DNA of 62,000 bases from assembly GCA_951406725.2 (NCBI GenBank), contig OX597826.1, positions 60,222,001 to 60,284,000 of the forward strand, written 5' to 3'. The DNA is from Octopus vulgaris (Eukaryota). The notes beneath the pieces were generated by a model that did no database searches, was not told where the DNA came from, and saw only the letters and a program-made list of their open reading frames with translations. Each line of letters opens with the position of its first letter. Within the stretch, counting starts at the first letter, position 1. Shown one piece after another: positions 26,290-39,400 of the stretch. The position numbers and the translations under genes are program-made.

Positions 26290-27118
26290 TAACAAGAGGC
26301 ATTCTTGAAGTTTCGTGTCTTTCTCAGGCGAGACATTTATTAAGTTCAAAGCTGTAAAACACTCTAATCTCTTTGAAATTAGGATCCTTTGATTTCAATT
26401 CTCTTGTTCTGGTGCTCCAACCATTTCGTGAAGGCCCCATGGGACTCCTCCCAAAATTAAGGTATCCAGGAGCTTTCACACGTCTTCCTTCATGTCTTTC
26501 AGTTCGAGAAATTTCACAGGGAGCAAGTCCTGAATTATATGGATGTGTGGGATAGTTTTGATGTCCACTTCTGTTAAGTAGTTGGTTACCAGGAAGTGGG
26601 TGTAGACTGGAGTATTGTCATGGGACACATTCTTTGGCCTTTTGCGACGAAATCTCTACTGAACTCCTTAAAAACCTTCACAAAGTACACTTTGTTGGCC
26701 GTTGGGCGACAGGGAACCAAACATATATAGATGATGACTTTGATGTCGTAAATGGGGAACTTCATGTGTTTTCCGGTGGAATTGATTTGCTTGGTCTTTA
26801 CGGCCAGCGAAAGAAAATGCTAAACACATACAAGTTTATTCACAGGCGATTTGGATCATTTCATAAGATTTCATGCTACATTTCCCTGTCTAAACTAAAA
26901 CTTTATTGCATGGCGAGTTTCTAAATTTTCTTTTCATTCGCAAACTAGGCAGCTGTGAAAGTTCCTCTTATGGCCATCTTCTTCAATCTGGAATTAAAAA
27001 AGTTAGCTGGTCAACTTATCTGATGTATTATAATGATATATTAGACTGACAATATGCTAGGTCAGTTATAAGTGTCTTTCCTAAAAAGTCTAACAATTTC
27101 TAGAATGCATTTCGCATA
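26290..27118 (-). mobile_element. Internally deleted, decayed mariner transposon with both TIRs
   Basis: Minus-strand peptides ETRHAIKF (N-terminal HTH), HDNTPVYT-like (HxDNA motif) and HGAFTKWLEH (C-terminus). Imperfect ~45-bp TIRs at 26290-26335 and 27073-27118. Confidence 0.75.
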
Positions 27119-27391
27119 TGTGTTGAAATCGTACCCTTATTTCTTTGATTTTAATAGCCTTCGCGTATTTTATGGTGAAACACTTTCTGTAGTCATAGGT
27201 GATGTTTCGAATATTACGCTTTCTCATTTATCAGCTATGTAGAAATTGTCATTAAGTACCCACGCAGTCAATAAGTTAATAACCAATTGTACAGATGAAT
27301 ATTTGAGCGTGGCTGCGTATAGGTCCAGACTTGGCTGCGTGGTAAGCTTCCTTCCCAACCACTTATCTATGTATATATATATATATATAAG

Positions 27392-27484
27392 TTCACCGGT
27401 AAATTTATGTATAAATATAACTTTACAGGTGAGTGTTTAAAATAATAAGGCACTAAAAAAGAATGACTCTCCCCAGACACAACA
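27392..27484. mobile_element. Partial copy of the 21146-21415 fold-back arm
   Basis: CTTTACAGGTGAGTGTTTAAAATAATAAGGCACTAAAAAAGAATGACTCTCCCCAGACACAACA matches 21355-21417. Confidence 0.8.
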
Positions 27485-27716
27485 ATATATATATAGACAC
27501 ATATAGACAAATATATACATGCATACATATGTATAATTTTTTTATGTTATTCAAAATTTTGCATACTTCATAGCTTATATTTACTTTTGATATAAAAGCG
27601 AGGTACGCGTCAATTAGTTACCAAATTACGGGAACGCGCGGTAATTGAATTTAAATGTACAAGTAAATTTTCTCTGATTATTATTACTTTATACACAGAC
27701 CAACTTAGTATCACGC

Positions 27717-27785
<69 letters not shown>

Positions 27786-27798
27786 GATATATGCATGA

Positions 27799-27829
<31 letters not shown>

Positions 27830-29439
27830 CATGCATGTTTGTATGTATGCATGCATGTATGTATGTATGTATGTATAGTATGTATATCAGAATAGGTAAA
27901 TGATACAGACCGCTTTCTGTAAATATACCATATTCATTTCGCTATATCGAAATGCTTGAGCCATTGCACTAGAATGTCGATCGGTCGTGCGAATGCTACG
28001 ACATTGAAACTTTCGTGTTCATATTAATATTGTTTTCGTCGCTGCTCTGTATAGCTTATGCTCTAATTTTTACTGTATTTTTTACTGTTTAACATTTATC
28101 CTTCAACCTGTGCTATTAACAATCTGCCGCCAGTTGCCATTGGACCACGTGATAGATTGACTGGAGACAACTTCCGACATATTTACGTGATTTGGTAAAA
28201 ACAAAATGGTCGAAAGATGGAGAAGAAGTAATGACAAAGATGTTGGTAAGTGGGGAAAGGAAAATGTTGTTGTTAGCTGTGGTAGTGGCGTGAGGTTTCA
28301 ACGTATTTTTTTTATGTCTCCATGTGGTTATCGTGGTGATGGTGACATTTGTGACAGTGGCCGTTGTGCACGATACTCGTATTGATATTAGTGATGGTGA
28401 TGATTACGCTCATAGTATTAATGGTCGTGATTTTGGAGGTGCGAGTGGTGATGGAGACGGAGATGTTGCTTTTGATGGCGTGCTTGATGATTGCTGTTTT
28501 GATGATATTAGCTGCAACTATATTCATAGTTGAAAATGTTGATATCGCTGTTGATTGCGTTAGCAATGTCGGTAGAGACTGTTGTAGAGACGATAGTAGC
28601 GTTGGCGGTGATATATAGAGATGATAGCTAGTTTGGTGCTTCCATTGACTGATTGACACATTTATTAATGATCGCATGCACTGTCAGGCCTGCTGGGTGA
28701 ATTCTGTTTGGATGGATGGATGGATGGATGGATGGATGGATGGATGGAGAGAGGGCGGAAGAAGGCATAGACGAATACAGAAATAAGGGGAGGTTATATA
28801 GATGAATGAACGATTGACGGATGCTCTGAGATTTTGTTGAAATGAACATTTTAGATATAAAGACAGTTTACAGATTGGTCAAGGATGCGAGGAAATGAAG
28901 AGAATACATCAGGCGACAACAAGTCTGGAATCCCTGCACGCAGACTCCGTGGAGCTCATGGCATTTGTTGTGATGGACTGGCGTTATTAGCGATGATGTT
29001 TACTGGGCCGCGGTTTGCATCGGATTGATAGTAGCGAAGTTGATGGCCGTCATTTTAGTGTCGGTGGTAATTATGGTAGTAACTGATGAACGTGATTGAC
29101 CTAAATGGATTTTGCATGTATTGTCTATATTCATAGTGAATAGATTATCAGTAGGTATAGTTAGGGAGCGACTAAGACTTTGAGCTAGAAAAGGTGTTCG
29201 TTAATCGAATTAATGAGTTAAAATCCGCTGCGTATATATATATATATATATTGATCTCTCTCTTCTAAATATACAATATGTGTACATCATTTGAAAGACT
29301 CTCTGTGTGTGTATATATATATATATATATATGTGTCTGCCGATAAAGGCTTTTTTCCCAAAATACGCCAGCTAAACTTGTACTGTTATTAGTCGTAAGA
29401 CACCTGCTTTTTGTATTTCATTTTTGTTTTTTGTATTTC

Positions 29440-29719
29440 ATTATTGTTTTTTGTATTTTATATTCGTGTGGCATCGTCCGTTTTTCTGTCCCTATTTCGT
29501 ATACATTCGATCCTTCTTCCTAGAAATCTAATGCTCGTAGCTTAGTTTTTCCTGGGGGCTGGCCGGATCGGAGCGATCTCAAGATTAATCAGCCGAAATT
29601 GCTACGATGATCCGGTTCTTGACTGAAGATTGAAGGCTTCGAATGTCCCGTCCGTGTTTTTTGTATCGTCTTCTAAGTGTTTTGCGTTCTTGTCCAAGTT
29701 TGTATTTTTCTACATATAA

Positions 29720-29720
<1 letters not shown>
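29440..29720 (+). repeat. Interspersed repeat shared with 2245-2450
   Basis: See the 2245-2450 entry. Confidence 0.55.
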
Positions 29721-29776
<56 letters not shown>

Positions 29777-29800
29777 CACACATACATATATATATATACG

Positions 29801-29828
<28 letters not shown>

Positions 29829-29832
<4 letters not shown>

Positions 29833-29948
29833 CCTGCTCGCTTAGCCAGCGGGGTGGCGTCATTCGAAGGCTAAAACAATGCGAACGCATTGTGACCAGC
29901 GATGTGTAACAACATCTGATGGTCTGGTCAGTCACGTGATCACGTGAT
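29829..29948 (+). mobile_element. 5'-truncated SINE, tail Y only
   Basis: Matches the reverse complement of 20458-20575; flanked by (TA)n. Confidence 0.8.
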
Positions 29949-31320
29949 ATATATATATACATATATATATATACACATACATATACATATGTATATATAT
30001 ATATATATAATATAATTATATAAATATATGCATACATGTATATACATACCTACCTATTTATGTATATATACACGCATATAAGGGTACAGGACAAAAAAAA
30101 ACGTGCAACACAATAAGAAACGAAAACATAAAAACAAAATCATAGAGACGAAATTGTTTTTCAAATACCGAAAAAAACAGCGTACAAAACATACAACACA
30201 AGGAATATTCCCCTTCTTCAGTTGTCCCTGTTTCATCTACTCCGTGTTGCGAACGTAAGAACAAGACGCGACTTTTTGAAACAATCCTTCCTTCAAAGTA
30301 AATTAAATAAAAGTGGTAACAAGAACAATACAGTAAAAACAATAAAAATGCAGAAACAGTAAAAGAAAGAACAATGAGAACAAAACAGCAAAAACGAACG
30401 ATGAAGTTTGTTAAGCCAAGACGATGGAAAAATTATTGTGAAAACTTACGGAGACAGCTTATGAAAGAGACAGGATAAGCTGGTCAGGTCTTGGTGAAGA
30501 TAGCAGTTGGAAAGATGGCTTCCCTCTGATTACATCTCAGTGATGAGAGAGTCGAGGAGGAGGAGGAGGAGGAGGGGGAGGAGTACGAGAGAGGGAACGG
30601 TAAAGAGGAGAGGAGAAGAATAAGGAAGGGTGGGAGAGAAAATCAGACACGATGAAGAACAAGAGAAGGAGACAGATAGACAGAGAACAAATAGTAAAAC
30701 AGAAGATACATACATATATGTGTGTGTATGTAGTTGTGTGTAAACCCTGAAATAGATATAATTAAGCAGATAAAAATAGAAAAATATAGCAATCAACCAT
30801 TTATATCACTTCAAATCAATATACGAGAAAAATACCATTGTCAGGAAAGACAATGTGTAACAAAAAATTTTTAAATGTTACATGAGATAGATATTATTTT
30901 TGCTCATAATTTTCAAATGACTAAATATTTTACTCTGTCTGAACATTTCTTGTACAAATTTTTTTTTTTCATTTCTCATAATCACAACTGTATCATCTTG
31001 TGTTATTATTATATGGTGTTACATTTTTCATTATGATTATTCGTAAGTGCAGAAAATTAGTCTACGTAGCTGTATCAAATTGTTTGACAGCTTTTCGCTT
31101 TTAAATTAATAAACTGTTATAATATAGACAAGTAATTTAATAATTCATTCACATAATGTTTCTTTTGTCAGAATGTATAACAACAAATTCGTGATATCAA
31201 GTGAGTAGGTCATTCACTATATACACATAGTTTTTGTCTTACAACGTATAATACGTTGTTTGTTACCAAAGCCATGTGCTTATGCATATAAGCATATATC
31301 TATGTACGCGTAAATACATC

Positions 31321-31627
31321 TGAAGGCGCGTGAGTTGGTATGTAGGGGCATGCAGCTCACGATAGTGAGGTCTCGCGTTCGATTCCCGACTGCTTGATGT
31401 GTCATTGAGCAAGAGACTTTATTTCACGTTGCGCCAGTCTACTCAGCTGGCAAAAATATATGGTACTTCTAATTCAAACGACCAGCTATTTCACTTCCCG
31501 TGTCACGCTGAATCTCCCTGAGAACTATTTTAGTGGTACGCGCATCCGTGGAGTACTCAACTATTGCACGTTAATTTCATGAGCAGGTTGTTCTGTTGAT
31601 CGGATCAACTGCAACGCAATCCGTTTC
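31321..31627 (+). mobile_element. SINE (head H2 + tail X)
   Basis: tRNA-like head with GCGTTCGATTCC; the body GTGTCATTGAGCAAGAGACTTTATTTCACGTTG differs from H1; the tail GTGTCACGCTGAATCTCCC...GGATCAAC matches 12008-12120. Confidence 0.8.
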
Positions 31628-32945
31628 ATCACGACAAAATGAAGCTTCTTACACCTCTTCTAATTTTCAAGAAGTTTTAGCATTTAGTCGTTAGATGTTT
31701 GAATGTATTTGGCCAGTCCTAATGCGGTAGATTTGTAAAAAATATATTAAGATTGAGTCAAGCCTCGATCTCCTTGGGCTCCGGGAAGAACAAAAACGAT
31801 TCACGTCTGGCTTTGAGCCGTGCATCATATAACGAGATAGCAGCTTACGCATTTTCTTCCTTTATTCCATTCATGTTCTAGTTCAACACATTGAAGCTAT
31901 AAGCAATTTATACCTAACACCTTTATGAATGAATTTATGGTTAACACTTTGTTATGTGCATTTAGCTCAGATTTCAGGACTGCTCCAACTCGACTATAAC
32001 ATTCCTTTTTAATCTACTTATGCTTGCATGCTGAATGCTAGAGCCTTCATTTATTCCTAGGTATGTGTAAGTTTGTTCCTGCCCAAATTCATTTATGAGT
32101 GAACATTCGATACTACTGAATTTGGGGTCTTCACTTTACCTTTTTGGAAAGTAACCTGGCACATTTATCAGAACAATATCCACGCAAATGTCATCACTGG
32201 ATGCTTTCACAGTACTTAATAGGCCTTGAAGCTCATCATTGCCTTTGCCATAGAATCTTAAGTCATCCATATAGAAAAGATGGCTTATTTTCTTGAGATA
32301 TTTTTTATCCATACCCTGGTCTGTTATGTTCACATGGAAGGGGTATTAGTGCTGCGCAAAAAATCAGAGGTGAAGGTGAAACGTTATAGAAAATGCCACA
32401 GTAGATGGAGTGATATAATTGTTCCAATTAAATCACTGCATTTTGGTGATATTATTGGACATTCGCATTCCACAATGACAAATTATGCTTCAGGAATTTT
32501 GAAATTGCAGAAGTTTGAAGATGCCCAGCAATTGCAAGATCCATAAATATAATATGCTTTCAAAGGCCTTTATTGCAATCAATCCATGCAGGACTGAGGT
32601 TCTTGAGTATCATGCGATTAATTAGGAATTGATCTTTGCATCCATATAACCCTTTTTGTTCAGTGAGGAAACATCCTTCTGTTCTTTAAATGCATATGCA
32701 TTCTCCACGGCCTAGTCATTAAAATTTTATAAGTGGTGAATAAACAGGATATGAACTGGTTTCATTATTCTTTGGGAGTAGATAACAAAGACCACATGTG
32801 AAGAAGTCACGTATTTTCTTAGGGAACATTACATTAATTTTATCAGCGTCAGTATATCTCGAAATAAATTAGGTACTATTCTTTTCCATTACGTTTTATG
32901 ATGTCTTATAATATAGAATTGGCTGCCATGTCTTGTAGAACGAGT
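31625..32945 (-). mobile_element. Dong/R4-type (RLE) LINE reverse-transcriptase fragment, decayed
   Basis: Minus-strand peptides GCKDQFLIN, AWIDCNK, CGIF...SPLIFCAALIPL, ISHLFYMDDLRFY (YxDD motif) and ALGLAKYI, broken by frameshifts. Confidence 0.85.
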
Positions 32946-34250
32946 CGTTACCTCGAAACAAATACACTTTTATTCATATTGTTTGACCTTCGTGTGATTT
33001 TCTAAGATATCATTGTACAACCAGATCTTCTTGAGACCGAATACAATGCTGGCTTTTGAGACAACAAAGCAGCTTATCGCAATGAATTTAACTGTATCCT
33101 AGAGGAGAGATGCAACAGAAGAAGTGAACTAAGTATAGTGACTTGGAGAAAGATTGTAACATGTTGGGGGGAACCCGAGATGCTTACTAGTGGAAGTTGG
33201 CAGTAGGACTTACACTGAGTAAATTGGGCATTGAAAGAAGATGTAGAAACATGAAGAACAACGCAGAGTCGGCTGAGAAGCATCTAGGTGAATCATTATG
33301 GTTAGTAAAAAGATGTAATATGTGGTGTAAGTAGAATGTTGCTTGGAGCACAGGCCTAGTCATGATAAAGATATTTCGGTTCTCCTGGTTAAAAGTTTAT
33401 ACTGTAAGAAACGAAATCAGCGATGCCAGGATGCAGAACTGACAGCCTGTCCAAAATTTGCATCTGTAGGTACATGTGGAACTAGTATGTGTCATGAGAA
33501 TAAATTTACCTAGGCTTAGGTCTGCATCGTCATCTATGAATTCTTACGGATGTTGTTTATGCTTTTGTCATTTTTACTCCAAAATTTGATGTGAAAACTC
33601 GAGGAGATAGAATTTTAATAAAACAAGTGTGTTTATTAACATCTACTCAAGACACGACACGAAATGATAAAGTAAAATAAACCACAAAAATTGTAGACAT
33701 TCAGTTAATATCAAATTTAGATAGGCGAGTATGCTTCCTACCAAATACTGCATTGATGTTTTGTTGCTTTGGTTATTGGTGATGCTACTCTTGTTGTTTT
33801 TCAGCGCCTACAAGTTCTATAGAAAAGAAAAGAAGGTTTTAATATGCAATAATTATCAATATCTTTTGTAGACACAAAGAAGGAATAACTGGATATTTGA
33901 ATAAATAAACGTATTGAGATGTACTTACATTATTCCATAAGTAGATAGAATATTCTGTGATATTACAGAATAATTTGAAATGTTCGTCATATCATGTATT
34001 CATATTAATATTTCGATATTTTATTTTTGCGAATATTTTATTTAGTTTCTCGTTTTTAATGAAATGTCTTTGTTAGTTTCTTACACAAAATTTTCGTTTC
34101 ATACACTTAAATATTAATATTGTTGAAGACTTCTTCACAATTTTTCTTATGTATTTTTAAAATTCTGCAACAGATATTCTAGACTCTACTAGAAAGTATC
34201 TTGCTGTCTCTGTTTACATGGCGTAATATCTGAATTTTTACATATATGCA

Positions 34251-34600
<350 letters not shown>

Positions 34601-34931
34601 TATATAGACATATATATGCGCATGTATCTATGTATATATGCAAGCGCCTGTGAAGGAGCACCAACGCGGATATGCACGTCTATATACATAAGCAAACACG
34701 CACACACACACACTCATATATATGTGTGCTTATACATATGAATATGCATATACATTCCGTGTGAGGATGAGCAGTGTTGTTATAAAAAGAAATACATATG
34801 TAACGTATTACCGTGAGAGCGTTTATGTGTCTGTGAGCGTGTGTGTGTATTGTGTGTGTTTGTGTTTCAGCGTATTTCTGTGAATGTGCTTGGTTTCGTG
34901 TACTGTATGTGAAGGTGATTGTTTCATATTT

Positions 34932-34934
<3 letters not shown>

Positions 34935-35005
<71 letters not shown>

Positions 35006-35086
35006 GTTATTATTACTATTGATAACATCATCATCATCATCATCATCATCATCAGCGGCAGTAGCAGTAACAGCAGCAGCAGCAGT
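34935..35086. repeat. (ATT)/(CAT)/(AGC) compound microsatellite
   Basis: Direct reading. Confidence 0.95.
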
Positions 35087-35329
35087 ATCATATGTCTGCA
35101 AATTCTTAGTGAGACACACACGCATAGACACACGTAGATTTAGCAGGGTGTGAATATACGCGTACACATTATTTTAACATACATATTACATATATCAGTT
35201 TTTGCTAGTATCTTATATTTTGGGTAAGAAAAACTTTTCCAAATTCTTATGTAAACATCCACATGGAATTGGTGAAAAAATTCTCTATCTCTCTTTTTAC
35301 ACATACATACACACACACATACAAGTATA

Positions 35330-35361
<32 letters not shown>

Positions 35362-36311
35362 CATATATGAATGTGTATATATATATATGAATGTATATAT
35401 GCATAGAGAGAGACAGAGACAGAGACAGATAGACAGAGAGAGAGATAAGCACATATATACATATAGATATTTATCTTTCAATCTACTCCTCATACCAAAA
35501 TCTTCTTTCCCTCATACTTCTTCTTATCCTTCTCTTCTCAATACTATTTTTTAAATTAGTTTTGGTTATTAATGTTGGTATTAATAAATGTGAAAGTTGG
35601 ATTGAATCATAGAGTGATTTACTACGATAATTTACATCATGTGTTCAAAATCCACTGTGGAGGCGACACTTTCGTGACAAAAGACGTGCTAGCTTGTATC
35701 TTGGACGACGATTCAACTGAGAGATATCTCGCTGCCATGGCTGTGTTGTTAATAATTTCGCTTTGCAACATGGTCTCTGCTTCAGTCACAGCCGGCGATA
35801 CATTTTGATATTGTCCTCTCCTGAATTCTCGGACCGACGAATGTCTCCACATTGAATATGGTACATGGAAAATATGCAAATGCTTGTCGTGAGTGTGTGT
35901 GTGTGTGTATGTGTAAGTGTGTCCTTGCGTGCATGTTGTTGGCATGTTTACTTACCCGTATATTAAAGGTTCAGTGAAGGTAGATAGAGAACAATTACTC
36001 TAGAAATATGCACAGGGGTCAATTTCTTTAACTACGCCCTTCGAAGTAGTATCGTGGATGGTCGTAGATTCAATAACTAACCAAAGATAAAACATTCTAA
36101 GTGTGTAATTTCCTAATTATATTTGAAACCATTATGCATATTAATATGAAGTTGGTATAATAATGTGGTATTATGTAATATTGATGCTTGTAAGATAGTG
36201 TGATAATACAGTGGCGCTGGTATATATTAGTATGTCTTAATGTGAGTTGAGTATTATGAGAATTTCAGTACTATTTTCGTTTCGCTTTGTCAGAAACTTT
36301 TAATGCAAATA

Positions 36312-36423
<112 letters not shown>

Positions 36424-36494
36424 TAAAGAGAAAAAGAGAGCGAGAGAAAGGGGAGACTGAATGAATGTAATCATATCCAGCGAAAGATCAGAGG

Positions 36495-36666
36495 TCTTTC
36501 CCGAGTCACAGACTCATGTCATCGATTCTGGACCGTGTATCATAATATCGCTCTGGGCAGAACACCTATCCGTCGCAGTATTTTACATTTTTGCCCGCTG
36601 AGTGAACTGGGACAAAGTGTTTTGCTCAAGAACACGATGTATCGCCTGATCCAGGAATCCAAATCC
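36495..36666 (-). mobile_element. Degenerate SINE (H2-type body + Z-like tail)
   Basis: GCTGAGTGAACTGGGACAAAGTGTTTTGCTCAAGAACAC matches the reverse complement of the 31397-31450 body. Confidence 0.5.
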
Positions 36667-37758
36667 TGATCATATGTATATGAATATTATATATGCATAT
36701 ATACAGTTATTGCGGCTTTTCTACCAGTGGAACCTGAAAATGTTAGAAAAAAATATCCTTCAGACAGAAAACGTCGATGGCTTACGCGTGGGACTCGAAC
36801 ACACACATTCTGTAAACATGATAATGTTCTACAATAGCGTCAAAGCAATCTGTCGTATTTCTTTATCCATTTAAGAAACTATGTTCTTATCTCCGAGAAT
36901 TGAAAGTTGTTAACGTCATAGAAATTTACAAGCTTCGAATGTACATGCAATTCGTAATTTCACTTAAACATATAACTAGAATTAGATAATGCTGTGCATT
37001 ATATTAGGAAAAAGGTTTCTAAAATAGAGAATTTCGAAGGATTGCTATCGTCCTATTTCAGAACGCCTGTCATGTCTATAGAAGAAATGGGTTCGTAAAC
37101 CACAGCTTACCTTCAATTTTTCTATCCAAATAATGAAAGGTAAGGTACATTCCGAAAATTAAATAGACTTTTATATTCACGGTTTGGATTTCAATTGCGA
37201 CAATATTGAACATTAGTAAATTTTGTACATTGTTTTCGTTGCTATATGCGTGTTAGATCGAGATTACTTATCGAAGACACACAGAAAGACACTAGCGCGC
37301 TTTCACCAGCAAGTAGGGACAGAAACTCGATAGATTAATCGTGTTTCTGTATAGATTATATAATAGTAATCTACCCTCAGCTCCCATGAACGGTAACAAA
37401 GCAACAATCGGACTGATCTGGTGAGAGATGTCTTCGAAGCTTCTTTGTATGTTTGGATTTATAGTGTATCACTGTGCCTGGGTAATACTTCTCTCGCAAC
37501 CCGTGGGCTTGCTGTAAGATCGTTTCTCTTTTATATCTTGAGAAACAGCAAATATTTATTTGTGATACCATAATCACCATATCTGTGTCCAACACTTTCC
37601 AGCCGAGGTTGGTCAGTATGGGGACTAGTTCTTCATTCAATAGAAAAGACAGGGGGTACTTCCTCGAGCATGGAATGGAAATTTCACATCAATCGTGCCG
37701 AAATTTCTCTCTCGAGCAACGTATGTTTGGTCTCCCTGATATGTTTTACATGGTGTCT

Positions 37759-37848
37759 GGTTAATTCGTCGACGGCAATTTGACGTCGTATAGTTTGTCT
37801 CCAGTCAATTCATCGTTGGTCAGTTCGTTCCCAGGACAATTCGTCGAG
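37759..37848. repeat. Six degenerate ~15-bp tandem units (consensus GGTCAATTCGTCGNN)
   Basis: Units start at 37759, 37774, 37788, 37804, 37819 and 37834. Confidence 0.6.
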
Positions 37849-37904
37849 ATCATAGATAAAATGGAAGAACGTATATCTGAATTAAAACACGATTTAAATA
37901 TTAC

Positions 37905-38321
37905 ATATTCTTTTACTTGTTTGAGTCATTGGACTGCAGCCATGCTGGAGCACCGACTTTAGTCGAGCAAATCGACCCCGGGACTTATTCTTTGTAAGCC
38001 CAGTACTTATTCTATCAGTCTCTTTTGCCGAACCGCCAAGTGACGGGGACGTTAACACACCAGTATCGGTTGTCAAGCAATGCTAGGGGGACAAACACAG
38101 ACACACAAACATATACACACACATAAATATATATATATATATATATACATACATATATACGACAGGCTTATTTCAGTTTCCGTCTACCAAATCCACTCAC
38201 AAGGTAGTGGTCGGCCCAAGGCTATAGCAGAAGACACTTGCCCAAGATGCCACGCAATGGGACTGAACCTGGAACCATGTGCTTGGTAAGCAAGCTACTT
38301 ACCAGACAGCCACTCCTGCGC
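37905..38321 (-). mobile_element. SINE-A full length
   Basis: Similarity to other copies. Confidence 0.9.
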
Positions 38322-38899
38322 ATATTTAGTTTTACTTAAAATTTAAGATTTTGTGCAATTGCTTTTAGAAAAATGTTTTGGGTTGGATATACTACTGTAC
38401 ATTTAAGGACACTGTACTTCATTGTACATAGGAAATATTTTCGCCATTTTGAAAATCATGTAGTGATCGAAAGTCATCTCTTGTGTTAGACGCGCTAAAT
38501 TGAAGCCGAAAGCAGCCGGTTTGTTAGGCTTTGTTATTGACGTTACTAATGACATTAGTTCTAATACTGGTGATGGTGGTGGTGTCGGTGGTGGTGCTGG
38601 TGGTGTTGGTAGTGTCGGTGGTGCCTGGTGCTGGTGCTGGTGATGTCGATGGTGAAGTTTACTTCAATGCCCTCTTCTCTGTCCTATATGCCATGGTCCT
38701 TACTGTTGTTAATAGGAAAAGTGCTGCTGGGGGAAAGGGGTGTTGTTATCTTCTGTCTTACTTCACTGAGGTTGTTTTATTGTTTTTGTCGCTATTGTAG
38801 TAGGTAATATTTTCATTGCTGTCGATGATGTCGTTCCCGGTGCTGCTGCTGCTGCTACACGTTTCCATTAGAACTGGGATAGGAAAGAGTAATTGTGTC

Positions 38900-39303
38900 A
38901 CCGATACGAAGTGGGGCCGGTCGAAGATGCTCGTTCTCAAGCGAAACACCGCCGCTGCCACGCCATGAGGCCTATTGCGTTGCGTAGGCATCCGCCCCTT
39001 CTCTCCATATCTGTGATTTTCCTTCGCTGCGCTGCTGGCTTGCCTCCACTTGCAAATTTACTTACTGCGCTCGTTCCCTGTTACCGCGTAGCAGGGTGCT
39101 CCCTTTCATTTTCTCGCTCGTTCGTTTCTATATTTGCTTGTTTGCTTGCCTTCTTCGCGCGTCTGTTCGCTCGCTTCTGTCTCCGTCTCCGAGCTCACCA
39201 CGCACCCGGCGGGCCCCTGACGTCTCCTCCTCCTCCCGCCGCCAACGCCTTCGCAACATTTTGTTCGCTTCGTTTCTGTGCGGGGCCGCCTCGAAAGGGC
39301 GGA
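38900..39303 (-). other. GC/CpG-rich segment, probably rDNA 3' ETS/IGS carried with the 28S fragment
   Basis: Abrupt GC and CpG enrichment contiguous with the 28S 3' end on the minus strand. Confidence 0.5.
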
Positions 39304-39400
39304 TCATATCGTTCGCGAGAAGACACTCAATAGATCGCAGTGTGGTAGCTGCTCTACTAAGCACGTCACTGCGAACAGCAAGTCGAGTCGTATGGAAGGG
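39304..39400 (-). pseudogene. Orphan 28S rRNA 3'-terminal fragment
   Basis: The reverse complement CGTGCTTAGTAGAGCAGCTACCACACTGCGATCTATTGAG matches the conserved metazoan LSU 3' end (human CGTACGTAGCAGAGCAGCTCCCTCGCTGCGATCTATTGAA, from memory). Confidence 0.75.

Noticed and set aside
28312-28677. Overlapping ORFs on both strands
   Set aside because: Decayed GAT/GGT low-complexity sequence.
30201-30240. Minus-strand CTGAAGA followed by a GGAATATTCC palindrome
   Set aside because: No downstream GAAA, and the upstream GAAAC is too close for a type II arrangement.
33000-33560. Possible Gypsy integrase relic
   Set aside because: Only scattered Cys/His spacing suggested it; no motif could be read with confidence. 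A tBLASTx search would be needed.
37759-37848. CRISPR-like array
   Set aside because: Eukaryotic context, 15-bp degenerate units with no spacers, and no cas genes.
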